This document shows positions 1 through 11,859 of a stretch of 64,000 bases of DNA, piece after piece (position 1 is the first letter of the stretch; the number at the start of each line of letters is the position of its first letter). The notes beneath the pieces are model-generated. The model ran no database searches and was not told the DNA's origin. It worked only from the letters and a program-made list of their open reading frames with translations. The translations under genes were made by a program, and so were the position numbers. The stretch is from Blastocladiella emersonii ATCC 22665 (lineage: Eukaryota; Fungi; Blastocladiomycota). The stretch is from assembly GCA_025594325.1 (NCBI GenBank), contig JANHCV010000012.1:930001-994000 (forward strand). The letters run 5' to 3'.

Positions 1-2291
1 TGGTGAGTCGCATCGGCGGCGGGCGCGCGGCGGCGCGAGATGCGTCGCGGTCGGCTGCTGCAGCGGCCGCGGAAGCCATGATCCCGCGAACGGCGCCCTG
101 CATCGCTTCCGCTGGGACCCGCGTTGGGACGGCCACGTCAGCGCTACCGCCTCCGCCGTTCCCGCCGTACGGAAGCTCGTTGCTGATGCGGATCCACTCG
201 GCGGCCCCAATGTTCGGCTCGAGCGCAGGAAGCGCCCAGATGGAGTAGCGGACGCCGCTCGGAAGTACCCCAGGGCGCTCCTGGATGTACCACGTCACGT
301 CGACCGTCCTGCTCGCCTCGTTGTACACGTGGCGGAGAGCCCAGATAAACGCGACTGCAGAACCGTCGGTGCGCTGAATGCGGATAGCGGACGTTCGAGG
401 AATGCCGGGGAGAAGCATGAAGGTCGCGCGGACCTGGAATATGGGATCGTCCGCGCGGTTGTCGAACGGAAAAACAAAGCCGTGAGCTCGAGCGAGAAAA
501 GCACGTTCTGCACGGGTTGCGCCGATGAGGCCGAGCTTGGTGAGGTCCGACTTGGCCGCGACGGCGTCGTCACTCTGCCATGGAAGCGAGGTGCACGGCT
601 CGGCACCAGTCCAAGTCAAGCGCCGCGCGGCAAAAGCGTACGCGAGAAGCTTGACAATGAAAGCAGAAGTTGTCAGAGAACCGCCTAAAGAACGGAATGA
701 ACGTGTGAGTATGCGAGAGGACAAGATTTACGAAATGCACATCGTACGGACCTTGAGCAAACACGCAAAATTTATCGCGGCAGTCCAACATCCCCGTGAA
801 GCGAACGAGCACCTCCCACAAGTACTTGGCAACATGACTGAGAAGCGCAACAGGTGCATCAGGCGCATCCACCTTGCAAAAGGTGGTGTGCTGGTAGGGC
901 ATTGTCTTGGACGACTCAACAATGTTGAACGAAAAGGGTCGGACGTACGCAGCCCAATCGGCGGAAAACAGCTGCGGAGCCTCGCAAACTACAACGCCAA
1001 AAAGCGCAGGCAGAGCCCGCGAAGGAAGCTTGTAGCACTCCGCCATGGATTCCGCAAGGGAGGATGGAACCACGCTTGACGATTTCGTTGCGCAAAGGGT
1101 CAAAAGAGAGCGATCGTCCGCCGATTTGTCGTTGTACTTGAGAAGCGCGGATCCGCGGAGAAGTAGGTTCAGATCGCCACAACGCTCGACAAGCGTGGAC
1201 GTGTCGATCACATCAAAGCGCTGCTCGGGGTCCGCTGCGAGCTCCTCCATAACCAGGACTGCGTCGCCAACCACAAAGGTGAGGCGGTGCTGGGTGCCGC
1301 TGCTGGCATCGGGCGCGGGAGCGAAAGCATCCGCAAGGCCGCGAAGCCACGAGCTCAGCTGGCGAGCCATCGCAGACTCGGCGCGCTCCTGCGATACGTC
1401 GAAGAAGAATCCAGTGGACGGCAACGCAATAATCTTGGCCTCGCATGAGTTGATGTCAAAGAAGGTCGGGTTGGGGCAGCGACCGACCCGCGCGGTGAGG
1501 AAAAACGAGTTGGTTTCAACGACGCGCTCGATTTCGCACCGCGTCCGCGTCTCGTCGAGCCGCTTGACCTTGTCGGTCGTGTCAAAATAGAGAGCTGCAG
1601 CGGTACGGTTCACCAAGACCTCGTATACTTTGCGGTTGGGGTCCTTGCTAATAAGTTCGCCAAACTCGTCCCAGGGCTCCTCGACACAGGTGATGCGGCG
1701 ATGCTCGAAAGCAGGCGAGTCGAGCAGACGCTTACGCGACTCCACCTGGTCGGAAGAAGTCGGCAGAGCCTTGGCTTGCTCGAGCCATCGCGTCCAACAA
1801 GCGCGAACCGCCAGCTGCGTCGCGTCGTCCAACACACGAACAGGCAGGTTTTTCACGAGCCAGTCGTAGGCGATGCACGCGCGCATTTGCTCGGTCCAGA
1901 ACGTGAGCGCCGGCCGTTCGAGTTGCTCGGAGAACCACAACTGGCCAACGAATCGGTGGAGCGTCGCATGCTCGATCGTGGAGGACATGAGGGCATGCAG
2001 GATAAGAAGTGTGCGGGCGATCGGTTCCGGGCGGAGGTCGTTCAGCGTAAACGACATGGCGGCGCGCGAAGACTTGCGCTTTGCCTCGACCAGCGTGTGC
2101 GCGACCGAGCGCAAGTCGTGGAAACCGCAGAGTAGTGCATCAAGCTTGCGACCGGGGATGCTCGCGTCGTGGTAGAGGAAGACTTCGGCCGCGCACGAGT
2201 CGCGGAACGGATCAAAGTGCTCGGCTGGGTCGGTGAGCAGAACCGACGCGCTCGTTTGCGTCGGTACAAAAATAAGGTCGGCCGATTCCAT
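1..2291 (-). CDS. DUF4470-like domain protein, copy 1 (3' end runs off the window)
   Basis: Exon 1 is 2291-752, followed by a phase-1 intron at 751-685 (GTCCGT...TTTAG). Exon 2 stays open from 684 to position 1. Motifs LLCGFHDLRSV and FTLNDLRPEPIARTLLIL match DUF4470-type N-termini. After splicing, SLTTSAFIVKLLAYAFAARRL aligns with RLTTLLFLPKLVAFALASGRL of the paralog at 25828-28976. Confidence 0.7.
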
Positions 2292-2416
2292 TGCAGCAAG
2301 TTACTTCATTAGATTAGCATTGCTAGATGAGTGTGAGTCGTCAAGGGAGAGCGCGAGTCGCTGGAGACAGCGGCTTGAAACGCCACCGCCATCACAGCCA
2401 GCGTTGAATATCACAA

Positions 2417-2439
2417 CACGTGTTTTCGCGACGCGTCTC
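2417..2439 (+). promoter_or_regulatory. Bipartite motif CACGTG-N7-GACGCGTCTC
   Basis: Sequence CACGTG TTTTCGC GACGCGTCTC, 126 bp upstream of the DUF4470 ATG, in the divergent intergenic region. It is one of five exact-spacing copies. Function is inferred. Confidence 0.55.
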
Positions 2440-2936
2440 GCGTCGGACGTCGGCTTCATGAGTTTGTCCGTTGATCGAAGTGACCACGTTTTTTCGAAGG
2501 GCTCGCTGACCAGCAGGGCCAACAGCATGTCGGCCGACAGCGCTGCTTCACCCGCGACCACCCCCCGCCACAACCAACCACTTGGCGAGAAGAGCCTTGT
2601 CGCGCCTGGCAGTGCGTTGCCAAGTCGCTCACCGTTGTAGGTCTTAAACATGGGCATGACTGGCGCGGGCCATTACGGAGCACGCGCCGCAGTTTGACAC
2701 GTTCAGCATGCGTTGCGCCGCGCGTCGCTCGCGCAAGCGGGCCTCGATGCGATCCTCAAGCACCGATCCGCCAGCCTCAAACAGGTTATGCTTGAGGAGG
2801 TCAAAAAAGCTGGGATGGGCAGCAAGCTCGACGTTGCCGGCTCTCCGGCTCTGTGGATAACCCGTCAATCAGCTGATCAAAACTCGGCGGTGCCCCCTGC
2901 CCTCGCTTTTTCGCGCATCTGCACAAACCCTTCACC

Positions 2937-4137
2937 ATGGATCTAATGGAAAGGACACTCCCTGCATTGCCGGTTGAGATACTGGATCTTATCTTGCGCG
3001 AAGCCGTTTTGACGCACGGCCCAAACGAGCTCGACAGGCTTGCCGAGTATGGTCACGTCATGCCGCAGGCGTATGCACCGCGCGCCCGCGACACTATTCA
3101 GCAACGGCTTCTCTAGCGCATGGCCATGGACAAAGCCACACACAAGGGTCGCATCGATGTGCTCGAGGCCTGGCGCCGCTCGGGGTTCCCGCTTGGTCAC
3201 ACCGAAAGAGCTTTCTATATTGTCAACTCTTACGAGTTACTCGACTGGTGGTATCGATCTGGACTCGCTTCGACTGGTGGTATCGATCTGGACTCGCTAT
3301 GCCCGAGGTCAAAGAGCCATACCAAGCCCACATTGCTGTTCACCTTATGGGAGAAACTCGCGCGGACGTGAAGATATGAGTACGTTGCGGGTGCTCAAAC
3401 TCAACCTCTCCCGGCTTTCGCTCTTGTCGGACGACATGGCCAATCTCGCATCCTACTTGCCTTCTGGACTAACTCACCTCAATTTCTCGGTCAACGACTT
3501 CAAAGCCCTTGGCGCGGAATAACTCGCGCATCACCTTCCGCCTGGGCTGATCTCGCTTGACGTGTCCAGCAACTGGCTTGGCGATGCGGGCGCTGCCGTA
3601 CTCATCAGCCACATGCCACCGGGACTGCACGAGCTCTCACTACACGAGTGTCGCAATGGCTCAACTGGAATCGTGAACCTCGCCCCACGCCTTCCCGCGA
3701 GCCTAGTTGCCCTGACGATATCAGGGAACGGAATTGATGCGTTTGCAGCAAGGGTTCTCGCGCAGCATCTCCCTCAAGCTCTTGGACGGCTTGACATTTC
3801 GAACCATCCGCTTGGGCTTTGTGCACAAGGTGCCGAGCAACTCGTACATGCTCTGCCGTCGACGCTGCGCTTTCTCTGGCTAAACAACACAGGCGCGACC
3901 GCCGCGGTTGTGTGCACGCGCATGTCGCGCGCGCTATGGAGATTCGTGGACCTGGACATTAGCGGGACGTGTTCGACCCATGTCGCACTCGAGGCCATTC
4001 TCAACCACAATTTGCCAAGCTTACAGTGGCTCGGACTTGCCAACATCACCGATCCAGACACGGGGGACGAGGTTGACATGACATCGTTCCTCGCACGAGT
4101 CCCAGTTGGACTTCCCGTGGACCTGGACGCCGCATGA
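2937..4137 (+). pseudogene. F-box-like/ankyrin-like/LRR family pseudogene
   Basis: Starts LPALPVEILDLILREAV, then KGRIDVLEAWRRSGFPL, then RNI-like LRRs (LPSGLTHLNFSVN, LPPGLHELSLHEC). Lesions: in-frame TAG at 3114-3116, a frameshifting 29-bp duplication at 3241-3298, and in-frame TAA at 3520-3522. Confidence 0.75.
3241..3298 (+). repeat. Perfect 2 x 29-bp tandem duplication
   Basis: TCGACTGGTGGTATCGATCTGGACTCGCT occurs at 3241-3269 and again at 3270-3298. Confidence 0.95.
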
Positions 4138-4311
4138 ATGTATCGGTGTTATGATCTGTCTCGGCGCAGATGGGCAGTCTCGGGCGAACGACGCGTCGTT
4201 CATAACACGTGATGTGAACAACGCGAAGCTCAGAGGACAGGTATTGCGCAGCTTCATCGCACCCGTCCAGAAATTCATTCAAAATCTGCATTCAAATGAT
4301 TACACCTATTG

Positions 4312-7300
4312 CTAATACATTGACATGAGTGGATTCGCAGGCCCTGGCGACGCCCGCGCTGTACTCGCAGCAAGAATCGCGGCCGCCGCGCTGTACGCTT
4401 CGGGGCACTCGAAATCGAGGACGATCCAGGTCCCCGTCGCACGCGCGTTGACGACAATTGATAGTTCTTCGCCAGGTGGGGCAGCGTACGCGATGAACGC
4501 GGTCGCCGGCCCGCATAACGAGCGCGACATCCGGCTGCTCCGTTCGCGCAGGACCACCGCAGTCGTATCGCCGTGTCCAACGCACCACAGATCCATTTCT
4601 GTGGCTCGTGTCGAGCGCCACGACTGCATGAGCCGATCAGCGAGACTGCGCGCGGGCGCCCATGCCGGAAAAGCACGATGCGCGCGGACGCGGAAGTGCA
4701 GAACGGTCAACCCACACGCGAGACTCGGGTCGCTGAACACGTCAAGCGCCTGTGACGGCCAAAAAAACGAGGGCGGTAGCGGTGAATGTACGGTGCTCGT
4801 CTCGCTGGGTGGAGGTACGAGAAGTGGGACCGTCGCGGCGAACGGCGGAGTGAAAGCGGGCGAGGCCTTGTCGTTGGAGCGAGTCGCTGCGTCCACGAGA
4901 TCCAGCGGCGGAGAAGCATCGGAAGCGCTGCTGGCGACCGCGGACGGCTTGGCCGCCACGACGGCCGAGTCGAGTGTGAGATTCAGGTCATCGGATTCGT
5001 CAGCATCAGCGAAACCACCGCGGATTTGCAGGCTACCGGCGCCATCGCCCGCGGTCCCGCGCTGCTGCTCGAGCTGACGTCGCACTTTGGCCGCGTTGAT
5101 CGCGGCGAGCAGCATCGGGCCCGTGTAGCTTACGACCGAGAACGCGCCCGCGAACGCGACAAGCACGGTGATCAGCTCGTACTGGACACGGGCGCTCGGC
5201 GGCGTCGAGAGTAGAACATTGACGATGATGATGATCACGGCCGCGTTGACGAGGCAGATGCCCCAGCGCACCGCCTCCTTGAGGTTAAACCGACATCCAC
5301 GCGCGCGCCACGCCCACCACAGCGCGAGCGCGTAGAATGCCGAATGCGTCGACGTGATCCACAGCGCCGCGTTGCCAAGGACGTCGGGCGCCGCGCACCG
5401 GCAGCGGTACTCGATGCTCGTGATGGTGGCCAGCACGTTGACCGACGGCGAGCACGACACGGCGAGGTAGATGGTGGGACCGAGATACATGAAGACCATG
5501 ACGAGGCCCGACTGCGCGAAAAGTCGAGCGAAATGCGAGCTAGACCCGTTGAGCGCGCCGAGCGCGAGTCGAAGGCGGAGCTGGGCGGCCGCGTTGAGCC
5601 GCGGCTTGCCCGACGCGGACGAACCAGACCGCCCAAAAGTCCCGATCGTCCGCCGACGTGACGCAAGCTTGCCGCCACCGCTGCTACGAACGCTCCCCAT
5701 CCTGGCCGTCCGAAGGACGGGAGCGTGGCCACCGGGCTTCATAACACTAGAAGCCGTCTTCTGCCGTGCCGCGGCAGCTGCAGCCGACTCGCGCTGCGAC
5801 TGGACCAGGAACAGTCCGAACAATCGCGGCGCGGCCGCGACAATCAACGTGCCCGCACACCAGATCTGGAGGATCGGTCGCGCGAGGCAGGTGAACGGAG
5901 TTGGAATGCCGAGATACAGCCAGCCGACTGCGACAGCAACGAGGCCCGTGAGATGTACGAGCACGAGGACCGGTACCGTCGTTCGAAGCAGTGGCCGTGA
6001 GGTCGAGCGGAAGTACAGAGCAGTGGCGAGCGAGACCGCGACAAGCACAATGACGATGCCGAGGTAAGCCGTCAGCGCAATACCCGCGACCGAGTTCAGC
6101 TGCGTGTTCTGCAGGACCTTGGGGCTCGCGTCGGAAGGAATGCGACCGGGTGCGAGCCCTGGGAACGTATAGTTTCGCAGCAACGCGACGGGCGGGTTGT
6201 TGGGCACCGAGGCCCACTCGGCAAACACAACGGGATCGCCGAGCGCGTTGGATGGGAGCGGCGCGGCAAGGTAGACAAATTTTGCAAGCGTGTCGCCGCT
6301 GGCGTCGAGGGGAAGCGCAAACCGCGGCGACTCGGCCACCGTGGTCAGGTTGAGTAGCGAGAGCGAGAGGCGCTCATACAAACACGGAGATCGGGCCGCG
6401 AGGTCGGCGGGCGTCGCATTATTCGCGGCCATGAGTCGGTGAAGGCCAGCGACCATTGCGAACGCGCATGCATAGCCGTTCGTGAAGGTTAGCGCGGCCA
6501 ACGGATGCGGGTACGGCATGCCGTTCACCGCCGCGTACTCGCGCTGGAACGAGGCGAAGAAGTCGGGCGCGCCAAACGGATCGGTCATGTAGAGAAACGG
6601 CGCCGCGTGCTGTAGAATGCCGGCAAAGGCCTCAGGCGACACGGAGCGCAGATTTGACATGGGGTTGTTGAAGAAGATGATCACGATCGGCTCGCCGTGC
6701 GGCGTCGAAGAGAAGAAGCCGCGCTGCCAGAGGCTCGCTAGGATGCGCGCACCAACGTCCGTAACGTGCGCGAGGACCAGGATCTTGGTGTCGCTGGCCA
6801 CGAGCGTCTGGTGGACCTGGTGCATTTTGTCGCGTTGCGTGTCGGGGTCGTAGATCAGCGAGTTGCTCAGCAGGTCAAAATCGTTCACCGCCGCCTCGAT
6901 TTGTAGGAATCGGACGACTACAATTGGGAATCGTGTGTGAGCTGAGCAGTCGAATCTCATGCTCGATCGCAGTCTCGTACGTGAGTTGAGATACGAGTAT
7001 CCGCCTTCCTGGATGATGCTGTACCGGCGCCAGCGAAACTTGCGGAACAGATCCGTGATGCCGCGGGCATCGATACGCGACGCGCCCTGATGGCGGAAAA
7101 AGTACGGGTAGCTCGATTTGTCCGAGAGCTCGGCGCTCGCCGAAATGAAGGAGCAGAAAGGCAAGCGGACGGGCGAGGTGATGATCGAGATGATCTTCGA
7201 CGTGTCCGAGTTGGGTCCGCCCAAGATGCCCGACGCGTTCATGTTGATGGCGCTCAACGCCCCAAAAATGACGCGGCCATCCTGACTCGCGCCGTCGCCC

Positions 7301-7599
7301 GTGGTGTCGATGAGCGGCATGGTCACATTGACGCCGGCGAGGTAGCCAGCAGCCTGAGCCTCTCGTATACCCAGGCTATGGCTCTCGATTGCGGCGAGGT
7401 ACTCTTCGCGCGAATCGAGATCCAAGTCGCGGAACGGGAGGATGAGCTGGCTTCGTCACCTCGTCAAAATCCTTGTGTGTGATCCTCGCTTAGGCGGCGA
7501 GAAACGCACCGGAATCTTGACTTCAGATGCGGTCGTAGTCGAGACGACCGTGACTCGCAAGCACATCATAAGAACAAGCAAGGCTACCACCGAGTTCAT
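4312..7599 (-). CDS. Class C (GABA-B-like) GPCR: periplasmic-binding/ANF ectodomain plus 7TM, about 1050 aa
   Basis: Signal-peptide exon 7599-7510 (MNSVVALLVLMMCLRVTVV...), intron 7509-7447, and a probable in-frame intron at 6980-6918. ANF-type motif SASAELSDKSSYPYFFR. The TM region includes WLYLGIPTPFTCLARP and FNLKEAVRWGICLVN. Confidence 0.8.
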
Positions 7600-8296
7600 T
7601 CTGCATAGATTCATTTTGCAATGCATGGAGTTCGCAGGATCCGTAGCCCACTTTGACAGCGTGCCTCAACTTGATCCTCTCGAGCAGGTTTAGGGCGACG
7701 TTTAACGCGTCTCCCACGCGAGACAAGCGCGCGCGAGACATCACATGATATCGCGACGCGTGGCGCGGCTGCCACCATTTTTCGCAACCTGGACGTGCTG
7801 AATTATCCTAGAAGGGTTCAAGCAGGACACGTATATTCATGAAAATTATCAATAGAGCGCGAGCCGCTTCTCACGAAACTGGAGGGAGCGGGCGGCGGAA
7901 AGTGGTCGCTCCACGTCGGCCGCGCATATCGCAAGGGGTCCCATCCATTCGTGCTCATGGCTTACGTTGGTGTGAAAAGGCGAGCAGAGCGAGGAGCACG
8001 AGAAGATCCGGAGACAGCTTAGCCCAGCTCGCCCGAGTTTCAGGCATCAGCTGACCGGGCGTGATTGATCGTCGCGTCTCCCCCTCCGTCTCGCGACGGG
8101 CGGAAGTCTTTGTTTCTCATACTCGTGGAGAAATCTAAGCGCTCTCGAAGTTCGCGTTAAATTTGGCCATCGTCGAGCTACGTTTCGAGAGAACTCAGAA
8201 GGACCGCTAGTGGACGAGGTTCGAATAGAATCGTGTTACATTTCCCTTCTGCGGCCAACAACAACGAAAAGGGTGATAATCTCTCAAACTCTTAGC

Positions 8297-9600
8297 CTAC
8301 TCCAAACCAGGGCTCGGGGGATCGATAACAATGGGCCGACGATCAACGCCAGCGTAGTAGCCAAGGTAAGCGAGGCGGTTTGGCGAACCCGCACCGATCG
8401 ACGTGAGCTTATCAGTCGTGGCATCGTTGATGACCAAGTCGAAGATCTGGGTGCTGGACATGTCCTTCTTCAAACCCCAGCGGACGGCGGCAATGCCGGC
8501 AACCATCGGGGAGGCCATGGACGTGCCCGAAATGGTCTTGTAGCCGCCGTTGTTCCAGGCGCTGTAGATGTCGCTCCCAGGAGCAAAGATATCAAGGCAC
8601 CGGCCAAAGTTACCTGTTACGAGACGATCGTGTCAGTTGTTGGTTTGCGAGCTCGAGTGCGAGTGAATACAAGAAGGAACGCACTAAACGAGGAGCGCGA
8701 GTCGGTCTTGGTCGTGGAGCCGACGGCCATGACGCCTGCGGCCGAAGCAGGACTGACGCCGCACGCGTCCACGTTGTCGTTTCCGCCAGACACGACGACA
8801 AGAACGCCGCTGGCAGCGAGGGCAGAAGCGGCGTCGTTCGAGGCCTGGTGGAACCCGCCACCCAGACTGAGGTTGGCGATCGAGCGGCGGCCCGTCTCGT
8901 TGGCCTTCTTTGCGACCCAGTTGATGCCGGCGATCACCTCCGAGTTCTGCCCGGTACCGTCCTCGTTGAAGACACGAACCGCAATGACCGATGCTTTCTT
9001 CGCGGCGCCCGTGGTCACGCCGGCAACGGTGCCAGCGACATGGGTGCCGTGGCCGTTCTTGTCCTGCTGCGAGCAGCCGCGGCAGGCGTAGCCCCACGAC
9101 GCGCGGCCTTCGAACTCCTTGTGCTCGACCATGACGCCCGTGTCGATGACGTAAACGTCGACGCCCTCGCCGGCATTGGACAGGTACCAGTGGTCACCAC
9201 TCACGTCGAGGGGGCGCGACGAGATCCGGCTGAGGCCCCACGACGGCGGCGACTGCTGGTATTCGGAGATGGAGACCCAGGTGTCGGGCTCGACAGCGGC
9301 GACCTTGGGGTGCGACTTGAGACGCTTGGCGAGGCCGGGCGAGAAGGTGCCAGCGTAGCCCTTGAACGACGACGACAGGTTGTACTCGTGGGCGACCGTC
9401 GACTGGATCGAGACGCCCTCGCGGGCGTTCTCGGTGGCGACCTCGGCCTTGAGCGCGCGCGTGAACGCGGCCTGGTCGACGCCGGGCTTGAGGCGGATGA
9501 TGAACTGGTTCGGGATCGCGTCGCCCGTCTTCTTGCCGCCGGGCGCGGCCTGGACGCCGAGGACGAGAGCCAGAGTCGCGATGAGCGTGTAGAGTTTCAT
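8297..9600 (-). CDS. Secreted subtilisin-like serine protease (S8A, proteinase K-type) with I9 propeptide
   Basis: Signal peptide MKLYTLIATLALVLGVQA. Catalytic triad motifs VIDTG, NGHGTHVAG and GTSMASP. Intron 8684-8614 joins SSFS to NFGRCLDIFAPG. Confidence 0.95.
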
Positions 9601-10434
9601 GGTTGAGTGTCTATGAGCGCGGAGCTCGAGCCTAGTTTGAGATGACAGAGAGTTGGACGCGGGGGCGCGGGCGGTCTTTATAGTCGGCGGCTGTCCCTGA
9701 ACGAGATCTAGCACCACGGAACTGCTTCGCCACACAAGCAACCGCGCGCGTGCGCCTCGAAGAACGAGCGCGTGCACGGACTGTGGCGAGGCGCGCGTGA
9801 TGCATCGTGTGATGCCGAGCGCACGCGAGCGGATCGAGGCGACGGAAGCGTGGGCCCTCCGCAGACCGCATGGGCCCGCACTTGCCCTGTTGGTGTAAGT
9901 CGCAGCGATGGTCGTTTGATGTCGAGGTCATCATCGATCGCATCAGATGATATCCCGACGCGTCCCTTGTCTCGCGGCGTGTCTCCCCGAAGGAATCAGG
10001 CGGTATTCCAACACGGCTCTCGTCTCGCGCTGCGTCGTCCCGAAGAGCTGCCGCGAGCGGAGGCCTCGGACAGCACAACGTTCTACTCGCCTTTATGTCC
10101 TGGCCATTGAATATGAGGTGCACGCCCGACTGGATCCGAGGAGTGATATTCGGTGATACTCGGCGGTCAGGTGATCAATTTGACGCGCAACGCCACTTTC
10201 GGGTCCCGCGGTCCTGCCCCGTTGACGTTTCCTCCCTCGCCTCGCTGCCTTCTCAACGAAAGCGCACTCTGTGCAACACGAAACTACATGCAATGTCAGT
10301 CCCGCGATGCTATAAACCCGGCCCTTGAGTCCGACTTGGTCTCTGACCCGACCGCACATCTAGCCTCGGACGCCCCCTCCCCTCCGCCACAGCCAGACGC
10401 CTCGACGTCGCCCGACGGCCTGGCGTCACACTCA

Positions 10435-11811
10435 ATGCGCCGCTCGATGCGCAGCAGCATGGGGAGCAGCATGGCGAGCGCGGCGAGCAGCGTGGGTAGC
10501 TCGGCCGCGGCGCCGCCGACGGGCACCAGCGGCCTGTTCTTTGCCCCCTTTGCCGGCGTGGTGCTGATCCCGCAGAGCCTGCACCCGTCGGACGTGCTGC
10601 GACTGCCGCTCGCCAACGATGGCGACACGCTGGCGATCGGGCGGCTCGTCGAGAAGCGCGCGGCGGCCATGGCGGACGGCACCATCAGCCGCAAGCAGAA
10701 GGTGGTCATGGACCCCGCCCAGGGCGTCATCATGTTCCGGTCCAAGGTCATCTCGCGGCACCATTGTAAGGTGTTTCGCGCCAACAAGCGGGTACGCTCT
10801 CCGTTTTCTCCAACCACCCGACTCGACTGACCCTTTCCGCCTCAACCAGTACTGGCTGCAGGACACCCGCAGCAGCTCGGGCACATTCGTCAACGGCCGC
10901 CGCCTGTCGGGGATCGGCGAGGAGAGCGCGCCGTTTGAGATCTTTGACGGCGACCTGCTGCAGCTCGGCGAGGACTACGACCAGAACGGCGTCGTCCACG
11001 AGTGCCTGCGGTTCAAGCTCGTCATCTCGCCCGACCTCACCAACCCGATCCACGCGCGTGCTGGCACTGCACCCGCGACCGCCTCGGCGCCTGCCGTGAC
11101 CGACGATGAGGGCGTGCACGCGGGCGGGAACCACGAGATGCACGACGCGTACGCACCTTCTCACCATCCCCACCTTCTCCCGCAGACCTAACAACCCAGT
11201 CCATTTAGCACCAGCGGCGACCCGGCGCGCATGCACGCCGAAGTCGAGGCCGAGTTCCGCACTGTATGGGCGAGCCTGGCGTCCGACGCGCCGTCGACAG
11301 TCCTGCGGCAGGTGCAGGCCGGATTCATGCTGTCGGCCGCATCGCTCGCGCCGCCGACCCCGCTCAGCGCCCCGCCGAGCGCGACGACCGACCTGACCAT
11401 CGCGCACGGGCTCTCGCCGGTCATCGGCGCGGGCGCGTCCGCGACCACGCTCGCTGAGCAGAGTGCGAGTACGCTATTCGGCCCGGTCCGCGATTTCGGG
11501 AATGTCACTAACGCGACTGCGCGAGTGTAGACCAACCGCCCGCCGCACTCGCAGCCTCGATCGCAACCATCGACTGGCCGTCGCCCGTGGTGCGGGACCG
11601 CGTGGCGCACCTCGCCGAGACGCGCGACCCGCGGCTGCTGGCGGTCCACGCGGCGGTCGCGGCGTGGCACCTCAAGGCGTTCCGCGACGCGGCCGTGCGG
11701 CTGGTCGGTGGCGGAGGTGGCGGCGTGTCAGCTGGCGAGAACGGAGGAGGTGACGGCGCGGCGAGTTTCCCACACGCGCCACTCCCCACGCCAAGAACGC
11801 TCGCGACGTAA
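10435..11811 (+). CDS. FHA-domain protein (start uncertain; alternative ATG at 10288)
   Basis: FHA motifs LAIGR, FRSKVISRHHC and LQDTRSSSGTFVNGRRL...GDLLQLG. Introns 10792-10849, 11149-11208 and 11463-11530 keep the frame. Confidence 0.8.
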
Positions 11812-11859
11812 AAGCGATTGCTACGAGAAGATATATCGTTTTTTTTTGTACACTTCCGC

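Noticed and set aside
2301-2657. In-frame ORF upstream of DUF4470 copy 1, separated by one TAA
   Set aside because: It spans the recurrent upstream motif, has no similarity to the paralog's N-terminus, and is probably non-coding.
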